Shown: positions 37,801 to 47,317 of the stretch, piece after piece
Layout: every line of letters begins with the position of its first letter
Numbering within the stretch: position 1 is the first letter of the stretch
Program-made: the position numbers and the translations under genes
NCBI GenBank assembly: GCA_031431875.1
Contig: JANPEF010000011.1
Span: 407 to 64,406 of the forward strand
DNA: 64,000 nucleotides
Source: Candidatus Eiseniibacteriota bacterium
Lineage (GTDB): Bacteria > Eisenbacteria > RBG-16-71-46 > DASYSL01
Direction: 5' to 3'
Notes under the pieces: model-generated
The model's input: the letters and a program-made list of their open reading frames with translations, nothing else
Databases searched by the model: none
What the model was told of the DNA's origin: nothing

Positions 37801-37890
37801 GAGGCCACCGAGGGGGGGCGGGCCCTGGCATTCGAGGCCGCGGTGACCGAGGCACGGGACTGGCTGGCCGCGGCTCCTGCCGGGGCCTGA
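34804..37890 (+). CDS. Ser/Thr protein kinase fused to an NB-ARC/AAA (STAND) ATPase and TPR repeats
   Basis: Kinase subdomains GSGGMGDVYRA, VALK, HRDLKPAN, DFGLA and GTPGYMSPE. Then Walker A LTGFGGSGKTRLA, Walker B ALVLLDNCEH, and a C-terminal TPR-like region (ARAFAARATLAAF, VTLHNLGYLALLQGNW). Confidence 0.85.
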   Translation: MMDRGTALGPYVVVDRLGSGGMGDVYRAHDARLNRDVALKLLPREFARDPDRLVRFRQEALHLAALNHPNIATIHGFEEGEGETKFLVLELVEGRSLADRIADGPLPPEEALAIAAQIAEALEAAHERDVIHRDLKPANVMLGPRGRVKVLDFGLAMGRRAGGAAKQVEQAGGHVDLDALTQSPDGATMAPLAPVTMVGGTSAGSSDSAEGTPGYMSPEQIVAGAQDARTDVFAFGALLYEALTGVPAFPGANVGEMLRATLEKEPAWERLPEKLSPRIRTLLTGTLEKNMARRPDSIHALRVEIEDVLGIRRAAALRAGEAAAIANNLPQLLTSFVGRDAELVACGVLLAKTRILTLTGFGGSGKTRLALELASRALAEYPDGVWFVDLAPLRDASRLEATVAAAIDVREEPGRSLTEALLERLRGRRALVLLDNCEHLLAPAAALVGILLRACAELTVLATSREALGVDGETVHPVPTLGLPGAELTGGAAAFEGFEAVRLYVERARQVVPDFALTDVNAAIVGEICRRLDGIPLALELAAARARVLGVEQILAKLDDRFRLLTGGSKSALPRQQTLRATIEWSYEMLAPHEQAFFRRLAVFAGGWSLEGAVAVVEADADEFDVLDLLTLLADKSLAVVDRTVPDRPRYRFLESVRQFALERLRETDEEPALRDRHLAHFLGLAEQAETELTGPRQGQWFARLDADGENLLAALTASRSLPGGPDRGVRLAGAVARFWSARGRYVVGLRALTSALEVQAAAKAKAGDTTPDPARGKALVRAGGLALYLCDLETAAPPIDESLAIYQALGDKKGVARAFAARATLAAFRGELGESRQFGLSSLEIYREIGEARGIAVTLHNLGYLALLQGNWNEAEPLYAESLHLMRGVGDREHMALTLADLAITSRGLDQEDKARGELAEAFDLVQEVAAKREGAYALEAASALAESGDDFSRAARYAGAAKALREAIGSPLVPIEQRDRDVRAARVMAALGGPAFAEATEGGRALAFEAAVTEARDWLAAAPAGA

Positions 37891-38138
37891 TCACGCAAGC
37901 CCAAGCGGGCACGCAGTTTTCGGTTGCGTGACGCGCCACGATCTGTCACGATTCTCCCGGCTCCTCCTCCCGGGGTTCCCGTCACTCGGATGTGACGTTT
38001 TCACGTCCTGTGGTGGTGGACTCCGTTGGTCCCGGCTCCTTCCCCCGTCGGGCCGATGGTTCTCAATGGGTCCCTTTCCTTTCAGCCGCGTCGCGTGTGC
38101 GTCGGGTCAACCGTCGCCGCCGGCCATCGAGGTGCTTC

Positions 38139-38825
38139 ATGAAGAAAACGGCGATCGCGTTCCTCCTCGGAATGTTCGCCCTGAACGCTGGGCTCGCTCC
38201 GGCGGCCGGCGCCACGGATATTCTCTTCGACTATGTCGGGTTCGACTACGAGTCGCCGAATCCCGATCCGGGTCAGTTCGGAGAGCTGGGCGCTGGCTAC
38301 GTGAGCCTCGGGGAGGTGCCGGTTCTCTATGCGCCCCTCGTGTTCAACGTTTTGGTGAACGAGTATACCTACGTGATTTCGGGCCTGACCGCGGTGAATC
38401 GCCAGTCGGTCGGCCCCTTCATCATCGTCGACTACGCGGGCGGCGCCCTCGATCTGTACGAGGATTCGCGCACGCTCGGCACGCTCGCGGACTACGGGAT
38501 CAACCCGCCCAACGCGACCGCACCGCCGACGTTCAACGACGGCACGCACATGCTGGCCGGCACGCTCTCGAGCTTCCGCTTCGTGTTCAACACGGTCGAC
38601 AACTCGGGCAGCTTCGAGGCCAACTATCAGGCCACCGGCGGCGCGCAGCTGGCGAACATCCCGCTGAACAAGCGCTCGGGCTGGACCTTCTCCGGCGCCA
38701 CCTCGAACGCGCTCAACATTCCGCAGGGCTACGCGCACCAGATCGACGGCCAGGTTCTCGTGGAGGAAGTTGTCCCCGTGAATGATGCGTCGTGGGGTCG
38801 TCTGAAGGCCAACTATCGCAAGTAG
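38139..38825 (+). CDS. secreted hypothetical protein, paralog A (228 aa)
   Basis: ATG at 38139 (MKKTAIAFLLGMFALNAGLAPAAGA signal peptide). Shares DYGINPPNATAPPTFNDGT and a C-terminal WGRLKANYRK with the next gene. Confidence 0.6.
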   Translation: MKKTAIAFLLGMFALNAGLAPAAGATDILFDYVGFDYESPNPDPGQFGELGAGYVSLGEVPVLYAPLVFNVLVNEYTYVISGLTAVNRQSVGPFIIVDYAGGALDLYEDSRTLGTLADYGINPPNATAPPTFNDGTHMLAGTLSSFRFVFNTVDNSGSFEANYQATGGAQLANIPLNKRSGWTFSGATSNALNIPQGYAHQIDGQVLVEEVVPVNDASWGRLKANYRK

Positions 38826-38867
38826 TCGTTGCTTTCGGAGCGATCCGAAGCTCATGGGGGTGCACCG

Positions 38868-39566
38868 ATGAATCACTGGAAAACGCGCATCATCACCGGG
38901 CTGGCTGCTCTCGCTTTTGCCGCGACGGCCCATGCCGGCCCCTCGATCGACTGGGATCCGATCTTCCTCTACGGTCCTCCCAGCTCGACGTTCAACAATC
39001 AGCCTCTCGGCAACGCGCTCAGCGGGGTCGGGACGGTCAGCAAGTTCGACGCGCCGTTCGGCTTCCTCGATGCGAGCGACCCGACAAAGGAATACACGAT
39101 CTACCTGTACGGGCTGACGTCGCAGGGCACGAGCACCATTGGCGCCCCGGGGCTGCAGTTCTACACGACGAACTATTCGGGCGGCACGATCGAGGTCTAC
39201 GAAGACCTCTCGCCCGATCACAACTACGGCATCAACCCGCCCAACGGCACGGCCCCGTCGACGTTCATCGACGGCACCCTGCTCCTCAAGGGCAACTTCA
39301 CGCGCTTCATCGTCCAGACGAACGACTTCACGCAGTTCCAGGTCGGAAATGCGGAAGGCGACATCAGCTGGACGAGCGGCTCGCTCTACAACCTCACGTT
39401 CGCGGGTGGCCAGCCCTGTCCGGGCCTGTTCACCGGTGGCCTGACGTGGCGGACGAGCGTGCTCATTCCGGGTTACCTCTTCCGGCATGATGGCAAGATC
39501 GACCTCAACTGCCCGGTGCCCGCCGAGAGCTCGACGTGGGGCAAGGTGAAGGCGCAGTACCGGTAA
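38868..39566 (+). CDS. secreted hypothetical protein, paralog B (232 aa)
   Basis: ATG at 38868 (MNHWKTRIITGLAALAFAATAHA signal peptide). NYGINPPNGTAPSTFIDGT, C-terminal WGKVKAQYR. Tandem duplicate of 38139..38825. Confidence 0.6.
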   Translation: MNHWKTRIITGLAALAFAATAHAGPSIDWDPIFLYGPPSSTFNNQPLGNALSGVGTVSKFDAPFGFLDASDPTKEYTIYLYGLTSQGTSTIGAPGLQFYTTNYSGGTIEVYEDLSPDHNYGINPPNGTAPSTFIDGTLLLKGNFTRFIVQTNDFTQFQVGNAEGDISWTSGSLYNLTFAGGQPCPGLFTGGLTWRTSVLIPGYLFRHDGKIDLNCPVPAESSTWGKVKAQYR

Positions 39567-39620
39567 CAGCGCGAAGCGCTAGGGTGTGCAGCTCCATGCA
39601 CACCGAGCGAGATCGAACCA

Positions 39621-39660
39621 GGGGCGGCTCCGGCAACGGGGCCGCCCCTTCGTTCGTTCC
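39621..39660 (+). terminator. rho-independent terminator-like hairpin (GGGGCGGC-12 nt loop-GCCGCCCC) followed by TTCGTTCGTTCC
   Basis: An 8-bp perfect GC stem at 39621-39648 directly downstream of paralog B. A second 7-bp palindrome GTGTGCA..TGCACAC lies at 39584-39602. Confidence 0.55.
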
Positions 39661-39690
39661 CTGGCATGCGTGTGCTAGCTTGCTTGCGCC

Positions 39691-40953
39691 ATGAACGTTC
39701 CCCATGTCGTCATCCTCGGCGGCGGCTTCGGCGGTCTCTACGCCGCCCGCGCCCTCGCGGGCGCGCCCGTGCGCGTCACGCTGGTCGATCGGCGGAACCA
39801 CCACGTCTTCCAGCCCTTGCTCTACCAGGTCGCCACCGCCGGCTTGTCCGCGCCCGACGTCGCCGCGCCGATCCGCTCCATCCTCCGGCACCAGCGCAAC
39901 GCGACCGTCCTGCTGGCCGAGGGGCGCTCGATCGATCCGACCGCCCGCACCGCAACCATCGAGGCGCCTGAAGCGCGGCCGCTGTCGTATGACTTCCTGA
40001 TCGTCGCCACGGGCTCGACGCACTCGTACTTCGGCCACGACGAGTGGGCGCGGTTCGCGCCCGGGCTCAAGGACATCGAGGACGCGTTCGAGGTGCGCAG
40101 CCGTATCCTGCTCGCGTTCGAGCGCGCCGAGTCCGCGCGCGACGAGGCCGAGCGGCGGCGCGCGCTCACCTTCGTCATCGTCGGCGGGGGCCCGACCGGC
40201 GTCGAACTGGCCGGCGCGATCGGCGAGATCGCACGGCACACGATGGCGCGCGACTTTCGCAACTTCGACCCGGCCAGTGCGCGGATCCTGCTCGTCGACG
40301 GCTCGGACCGCGTGCTGCCCGCGTACCCCGCGGTGAGCTCGCGCGACGCGGCGCGCCTGCTCGCCGATCGCGGCGTGGAACTCGTGCTCGGCGCGCGTGC
40401 GACCAGCGTCGACGCGGTCGGAGTGACGCTCGACGGATCGCGCCGCATCGAGGCGGGGACGGTGCTGTGGGCTGCGGGAGTGGCGTCGTCGCCGCTGGCG
40501 CGCGACCTCGGCGCGCCGCTCGATCGCACGGGGCGCGTGCTGGTGGCGGCGGACCTGTCGGTGCCGGGACACCCGGAGATCTTCGTCGTGGGGGACCTGG
40601 CGGCGGTGCCGGCCGGCGAGGGGTTCCTGCCGGGCGTGGCGCAGCCGGCGATCCAGGGCGGGAGGCAAGCCGCGGCGAACATCGTGCGGCGCGTGCGCGG
40701 CGAGCCGACGGGGTCGTTCCGCTACAAGGACCTGGGCACGATGGCGACGATCGGGCGGCGGGCCGCGGTGGCGCAGGTGGGCGGCCGGACGTTCTCGGGC
40801 TACCCGGCGTGGCTCCTGTGGGTCTTCATCCACATCGTGTGGCTGATCGGCTTCCGCAACCGGGTGATCGTGATGTTCGAGTGGGCGTGGGCCTACTGGA
40901 CGTGGGGTCGCGGCGCGCGGGTCATCCTCGATCGGAAGGCGTGGCCATCGTGA
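39691..40953 (+). CDS. ndh: type II NADH:quinone oxidoreductase (NDH-2)
   Basis: VVILGGGFGGLYAARAL dinucleotide-binding motif, a second GxGxxG (FVIVGGGPTGVELAGA), GDLAAVP, and a C-terminal membrane-anchoring amphipathic segment. Confidence 0.85.
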   Translation: MNVPHVVILGGGFGGLYAARALAGAPVRVTLVDRRNHHVFQPLLYQVATAGLSAPDVAAPIRSILRHQRNATVLLAEGRSIDPTARTATIEAPEARPLSYDFLIVATGSTHSYFGHDEWARFAPGLKDIEDAFEVRSRILLAFERAESARDEAERRRALTFVIVGGGPTGVELAGAIGEIARHTMARDFRNFDPASARILLVDGSDRVLPAYPAVSSRDAARLLADRGVELVLGARATSVDAVGVTLDGSRRIEAGTVLWAAGVASSPLARDLGAPLDRTGRVLVAADLSVPGHPEIFVVGDLAAVPAGEGFLPGVAQPAIQGGRQAAANIVRRVRGEPTGSFRYKDLGTMATIGRRAAVAQVGGRTFSGYPAWLLWVFIHIVWLIGFRNRVIVMFEWAWAYWTWGRGARVILDRKAWPS

Positions 40954-41128
40954 TAAAATGTTGCGTGACAATACGTTATGGATGACACTCTTGAAGTGTT
41001 AGCCCGTGGCTCGCGGATGGCTAAATTTAGTAAACCTACCAACATCGGCTCATTTGTCTCTGGTGTCTCATCGTGTCGTGAGTTAGATTTACTCCAATGG
41101 CTAAAAATAGCCTTGGAGGTGAATCGAC

Positions 41129-42349
41129 ATGAACTTACGACAGGAGTTCTCCAACCCGTTCCGCCCGGGAGCGGGACACATGCCGCCCTACCTCGCCGGC
41201 CGCGAGGCTGAGAAGCTCGAGTTTTTGAGGCTCCTCGAGCAGAAGGTGATTCTCGAGAATCTCGTCCTCACCGGTCTGCGTGGGGTTGGCAAGACGGTCC
41301 TTCTGGAGACCTTCAAGCCACTCGCACTGCAGAAGGGCTGGCAGTGGGTCGGAACTGATCTCTCGGAGTCCGCGAGTCTCGATGAGGAAAGCATTGCTCT
41401 CCGTCTTCTGACTGATCTCTCCTTGGCGACTTCGTCGTTCCGCATCCGCGGGGAGGCGCGACCAAAGATCGGACTTGGCGCAGTCAAAGAGCCGTTCGAG
41501 CGGGCGATGGACTACCCATTGCTGCACTCGATCTACTCCGCAACTCCAGGACTGGTCTCGGACAAGCTCAAGAGCGTGTTGGAGTTCGTCTGGACCCAAA
41601 TCCAGGGTGCCGGGAGTCGGGGCATCGTCTTCGCCTATGACGAGGCGCAGAATCTGTCCGATCATGCCGCCAGGGGTGAGTATCCGATGTCGTTGCTCCT
41701 GGACGTCTTCCAGTCGATCCAGCGCAAGGGTGTGCCATTCATGCTTGCCTTGACGGGACTTCCGACGCTGTTTCCCAAGCTTGTTGAAGCGCGAACGTTC
41801 TCAGAGCGCATGTTCAACGTAGTGAATCTCGACAAGCTCGATCAGGAAGACACCGAGAAGGCGATTCGAGAACCGATGGCGAATCATCCAATCAAGCTCT
41901 CCGACGATGCCGTCAGCGCTATCGCCGAGCTCAGCGCTGGCTACCCGTACTTCATTCAGTTTGTATGTCGCGAATGCTATGACATCTGGATTGCGAGCGC
42001 CGCTTCGGGTCAGCCGCTTCCCGAGATCCCGGTGAGGGCGTTGCTCCGCAAGCTCGACTCGAACTTCTTCGCGGGCCGATGGGCCAAGGCGACGGATCGT
42101 CAGCGCGACCTGCTGGGAGTAATTGCATCGCTGAAGTCTGCAGCGGGGGAGTTTACCGTTCAGGAGATCGTGGAGACGTCGAAGTCCGGACCGGGAAAGG
42201 CGTTTACCGCGAGTCATGTCAGCCAAATGCTCGCAACGCTTGGAGATGCTGGGCTCGTCTACAAGAACAGGTGGGGAAAGTACTCGTTCGCCGTTCCACT
42301 GTTCGACAAGTTCATTCGACGCCAGATTGAGCCCTCGTCAGAGAACTGA
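41129..42349 (+). CDS. orphan AAA+/STAND-like ATPase (AAA_16/arch-ATPase-like N-terminus, probable C-terminal winged helix) on a low-GC island
   Basis: NPFRPGAGHMPPYLAGREAEKLEFLRLL followed by Walker A LTGLRGVGKTVLL and Walker B IVFAYDEAQNL. Local GC is clearly lower (~50-57%) than the ~70% flanks. An AT-rich promoter region lies at 40954-41128, with a GGAGGTG RBS. Confidence 0.7.
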   Translation: MNLRQEFSNPFRPGAGHMPPYLAGREAEKLEFLRLLEQKVILENLVLTGLRGVGKTVLLETFKPLALQKGWQWVGTDLSESASLDEESIALRLLTDLSLATSSFRIRGEARPKIGLGAVKEPFERAMDYPLLHSIYSATPGLVSDKLKSVLEFVWTQIQGAGSRGIVFAYDEAQNLSDHAARGEYPMSLLLDVFQSIQRKGVPFMLALTGLPTLFPKLVEARTFSERMFNVVNLDKLDQEDTEKAIREPMANHPIKLSDDAVSAIAELSAGYPYFIQFVCRECYDIWIASAASGQPLPEIPVRALLRKLDSNFFAGRWAKATDRQRDLLGVIASLKSAAGEFTVQEIVETSKSGPGKAFTASHVSQMLATLGDAGLVYKNRWGKYSFAVPLFDKFIRRQIEPSSEN

Positions 42350-43347
42350 CCTGGCCCCGGGTCCAGCGGGTGAGATGCCCACTTCCGCGGCAGCATTTGC
42401 CGGCGCCCGCCGCCGCGCCTCGTTCGCCGCGATCAACTCGGCGAGCACGGCCTTCTGCAGGTGCAGGCGGTTCTCGGCCTGGGCGAGGATCACGCTCTGC
42501 GGGCCGTCCATCACGGCGTCGGTCACTTCTTCCCCGCGGTGCGCCGGCAGGCAGTGCATGAACAGGGCATCGGGCGCAGCCAGCGCCATCAGCGCCTCGT
42601 TCACCTGGTAGCCCGCAAACGACACGCGCCGCCACGCGGCCTCGTCCTCCTGGCCCATGCTCGTCCACGTGTCGGTATAGACGACGTCGGCGCCGCGCGC
42701 GGCCTCCTTGGGATCGCGCACGCGGCGGATGCCGCCCCTGGCGCGCGACTCCGCGGCGAGGAACAGGCCGCCGTCGGGCTCGAAGCCGTCGGGCGTGGCG
42801 AACGTCAGCGCGAAGCCGAAGATCGTCGCCGCCTCGATCCACGAGTGGAGCACGTTGTTGCCGTCGCCCACCCACGCCACCTTGAGCGTGTCGAGGTCGC
42901 GTCCCGCGCGCCACAGCGTGTAGAGATCGGCCAGGATCTGGCACGGGTGCGAGTGGTCGGTCAGCGCGTTGATCACCGGCACCGTCGAATGCGTGGCCAG
43001 GTCGGTGACGAGCTTGTGGGTGAACGTGCGAATGACGATCGCGTCGCACATCCCGGAGATCACGTGCGCCACGTCGGGAACGCTCTCGCGGCCGTGCGCC
43101 GAGACCTCGGCCATGCCCAGGTCGATCGCATCGCCGCCCAGCTCGTGCATGCCGACGGTGAAGGACACGCGCGTGCGCAGCGACGGCTTGTGGAACACGA
43201 GTGCGGCCGTGCGTCCGGCCAGCGGCCTGGGCGCATGCCGCGTTCGGCGGTGAGCCCGCAACAGCTCGGCCTGCTGGAACAGCGTCAGCACGAATGCGCG
43301 GTCCAGGCCGATGAGGTCGATCAGGTGCGCCGGAACGACGTGGTTCA
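42338..43347 (-). CDS. argF: ornithine carbamoyltransferase
   Basis: Carbamoyl-P site SLRTRVSF, HPCQ, ornithine-binding DTWTSMGQE, and HCLPAHRGEEV. GTG start at 43345-43347. The track ORF extends further upstream into the GNAT gene. Confidence 0.85.
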
Positions 43348-43957
43348 CGCAGGCTCCTTCACGGGTGGACCGACGGGTGGACCGACGGCGGCGGCATCGG
43401 CGATGGCCGGCGCGTGGCCGGGCGGCATGGCCACGAGCGGGACGCTCCACGCCCGCACGGTCTCGCGGGCGCGCTCGATCGCGCCGGGCGCCAGCTCGAT
43501 CTCGACCGCGATCTCGTCGCAGGCATGACGGCGCGGGCATGCCACGCAGTCGGTCCACACCTTGCGCGGCATCGACTCGCGCTGCGCCACCGAGAATCCC
43601 ACCCGCTCGAAGAACTTCACCTCGCGGGTGAGGGCGATGACGCGGCCCAGCCCCAGCTCGCGCGCGTCGTCGAGCACGCGCTCGACGAGGATGCGGCCCA
43701 GGCCCTGCCCGTGTGCCTCGGGGCGAACCGCGAGCGAGCGCACCTCGCCCAGGTCGTCCCACAGCACGCGCAGGGCCGCGCAGGCGACGACGCGATCGTC
43801 CGCGTCGAGCGCGACGTGGAACTCGCGCACCGAGCGGTAGAGCTCGCCCGTCGAGCGCGGCAGCAGCGAGCCGTCCTCGACGTAGCCCGCCATCACACCG
43901 GCGATGCCGGGGATGTCGGCCACGGTGGCGCGGCGGATCCGGGGGGTGACGGAGGTC

Positions 43958-43965
<8 letters not shown>
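43345..43965 (-). CDS. GNAT-family N-acetyltransferase embedded in the arg operon (short ArgA-like N-acetylglutamate synthase candidate)
   Basis: GNAT motifs RSLAVRPEAHGQGLGRILV and ALTREVKFFERVGF. Positioned between argG and argF, overlapping both. Confidence 0.65.
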
Positions 43966-45210
<1,245 letters not shown>

Positions 45211-45214
<4 letters not shown>

Positions 45215-46479
45215 GAGGTCTTCGTCTCCTCGAGGCGGGTGAGGGCACGGTCGAGGCAGGCGATCGCCTCGGCGATCGTCGCCTCGTCCACGTCGAGCGG
45301 CGGCAGGACGCGCAGGGCGCGCTCGCCGCCGCGCACCAGCAGCAGCCCTTCGGCGCGCGCCGCCTCGACCAGGTCCTTCGGGCCGAACACGGACTCGGGA
45401 GCGAGCTCGATGGCGGCCAGCAGGCCGAGGCCGCGCGACTCGCTCACGCTCTTCGGGTGCGCGTTGACGATCACCTTCAGGGCGGCCTGCAGCGTCTTGC
45501 CGCGGCGGCGCACGCGGGCGAGGAACGACTTCTTGAGCACGCGCTCGACCACCCACAGGCCGGCGGTCGTGGCGATCGGGTTGCCGCCGAACGTCGTGCC
45601 GTGGACGCCGGGGGCGAGGCCCTCGGCCGCCCTGGCGTTGAGCAGCACCGCCGCGAGCGGTAGCCCGCCGCCCAGCGCCTTCGACAGCACGGTGATGTCG
45701 GCCCGCACGCCGAAGTGTTCGGCGGCGAGGAACCGCCCGGTGCGCCCGGTCCCGCACTGCACCTCGTCGAAGACCAGCAGCGCGCCCACCTCGTCGCAGC
45801 GCTTGCGCACGGCGGCGAGGAAGCCCTTCGGCGCGACGACCGCGCCAGCCTCGCCCTGCACCGGCTCGACCAGCACCGCGCAGGTGCCCTCGTCGATGCC
45901 CTCGGCCAGCGCCTTCGCGTCGCCAAAGGGCAGGAAGCGCACGCCCGGGATCAGCGGTTCGAACGGCGCGCGGTACGCCGGGTTCCACGTCGTCGACAGG
46001 GCGAAGCCCGTGCGGCCGTGGAAGCCGCCGGTGAAGGCGACGATGCCACGCCCCGGCTTCTCCGCCACGTGGGCCCGCACGCGCGCGAACTTGAGCGCTG
46101 CCTCGACGCCTTCCGTGCCCGAGTTGCAGAAGAACACGTGCTCGTAGCCCGTCGCCGACTGGAGGACGCGGGCCAGCGCGATGCCCGGCTCGTGGGCGAA
46201 CAGGTTCGAGACGTGGCCGAGCGTCTTCATCTGCTTCGCCACCGCGGTGGCGAGCCCGCGCGGTGCGTGGCCGAACGCGTTGACGGCGATGCCGCAGGTG
46301 AAGTCGATGTAGGTGCGCCCGGCGCGATCCTCGACGCGCGCGCCCTGGCCGCGCGCGAGCGCGAGGCGGGGGAGCGGATAGACCGGCGCCAGCAGGCCGG
46401 GCTCCTCGTGGGCCAGCGCCGGGTTCGCCCCCGGGGCGGCGGCGGCGAGCGGGGTCGTCGTGTCGAGCTCAGCGGCCAT
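45211..46479 (-). CDS. argD: acetylornithine aminotransferase (class III PLP)
   Basis: YIDFTCGIAVNAFGH, FFCNSGTEGVEAALK, DEVQCGTGRTGRF, and the PLP lysine context LSKALGGGLPLAA. ATG at 46477-46479. Confidence 0.85.
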
Positions 46480-47317
46480 GGGCCGATTCCTCCGTCGATT
46501 CGTTCGCTGCCTTCGGCTCGGTGGGCGGCATGGCGGCGACGATGCACGTCCCGTACGGCCCTTCCTCGCCCGCAATCAGGCGTGCCAGCGTTCCGGCGCC
46601 CGTCCACTCTGCAATCCACGCGTTCGGCGTGCCGCCATCGACGGCCGCCGCGGCGGCCTGCAACTTGGGCTGCATCCCTCCCGTCACTTCGCCGCCGGCG
46701 AGTGCGCGATCGAGCGCCGCACGGTCGAGCGCGCGCACGACCCGGCCGCCGAGCACGAGGCCCGGCGTGTCCGACAGCAGCACCAGCGTGGACGCGCCCA
46801 GCGCCGGTGCCAGCGCGGCGGCGATGTCGTCGGCGTTCAGGTTGAGCAGCGCGCCATCCCGAGCCGCCCCGATGCTCGAGACGACCGGCGTGCGGCCCGC
46901 CGCGAGCAGCGTAGCCAGCAGCGTCGCGTCCACGTCCGTCACCGTGCCCACCGCGCCGAGCGCCGCCGCGTCGGCATGGCGCACGACGCGCACGATGCCG
47001 CCGTCGAGTGCGGCGAGGCCCACCGCGTCGACGCCGCGGGCGCGCAGCCCGGCGACCAGGCGCTTGTTGGCCAGCCCGGCCAGCACCGCCGTGGCCACCT
47101 CGAGCGTCGTCGGGTCGGTGACGCGGCGGCCCTCGTGGAAGCTCGCCTTGAGGCCAAGGCGGGCACTCCACGCCGTGACCTCGGCACCGCCGCCGTGGAC
47201 GACGACCGCCCGGCCGGCCAGCGCGACAAGGTCTGCGGCGAGCCCGTCGATCGCGCCGCTCGCCTCGAGTGCGCGGCCGCCCAGCTTGACGACGACCGGT
47301 GCGGTCGCCGCGATCAC
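46469..47317 (-). CDS. argB: N-acetylglutamate kinase
   Basis: VVKLGGRA..., VVVHGGG, and LNLNADDIAAALA motifs of the amino-acid kinase family. A GTG start overlaps the argC stop. Confidence 0.85.
   Translation of the reverse strand: MIAATAPVVVKLGGRALEASGAIDGLAADLVALAGRAVVVHGGGAEVTAWSARLGLKASFHEGRRVTDPTTLEVATAVLAGLANKRLVAGLRARGVDAVGLAALDGGIVRVVRHADAAALGAVGTVTDVDATLLATLLAAGRTPVVSSIGAARDGALLNLNADDIAAALAPALGASTLVLLSDTPGLVLGGRVVRALDRAALDRALAGGEVTGGMQPKLQAAAAAVDGGTPNAWIAEWTGAGTLARLIAGEEGPYGTCIVAAMPPTEPKAANESTEESAHGR

Noticed and set aside
40978-41211. 77-aa ORF in the AT-rich leader of the island ATPase
   Set aside because: It overlaps the ATPase start and RBS and has no motifs. It is more likely promoter/5'-UTR sequence. 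Retained as a remote possibility of a small partner protein.
40954-42349. Looked for a tRNA, integrase or direct repeats flanking the low-GC island
   Set aside because: None was recognisable by eye, so the island is reported only as a compositional anomaly. A mobile-element call is not supported.
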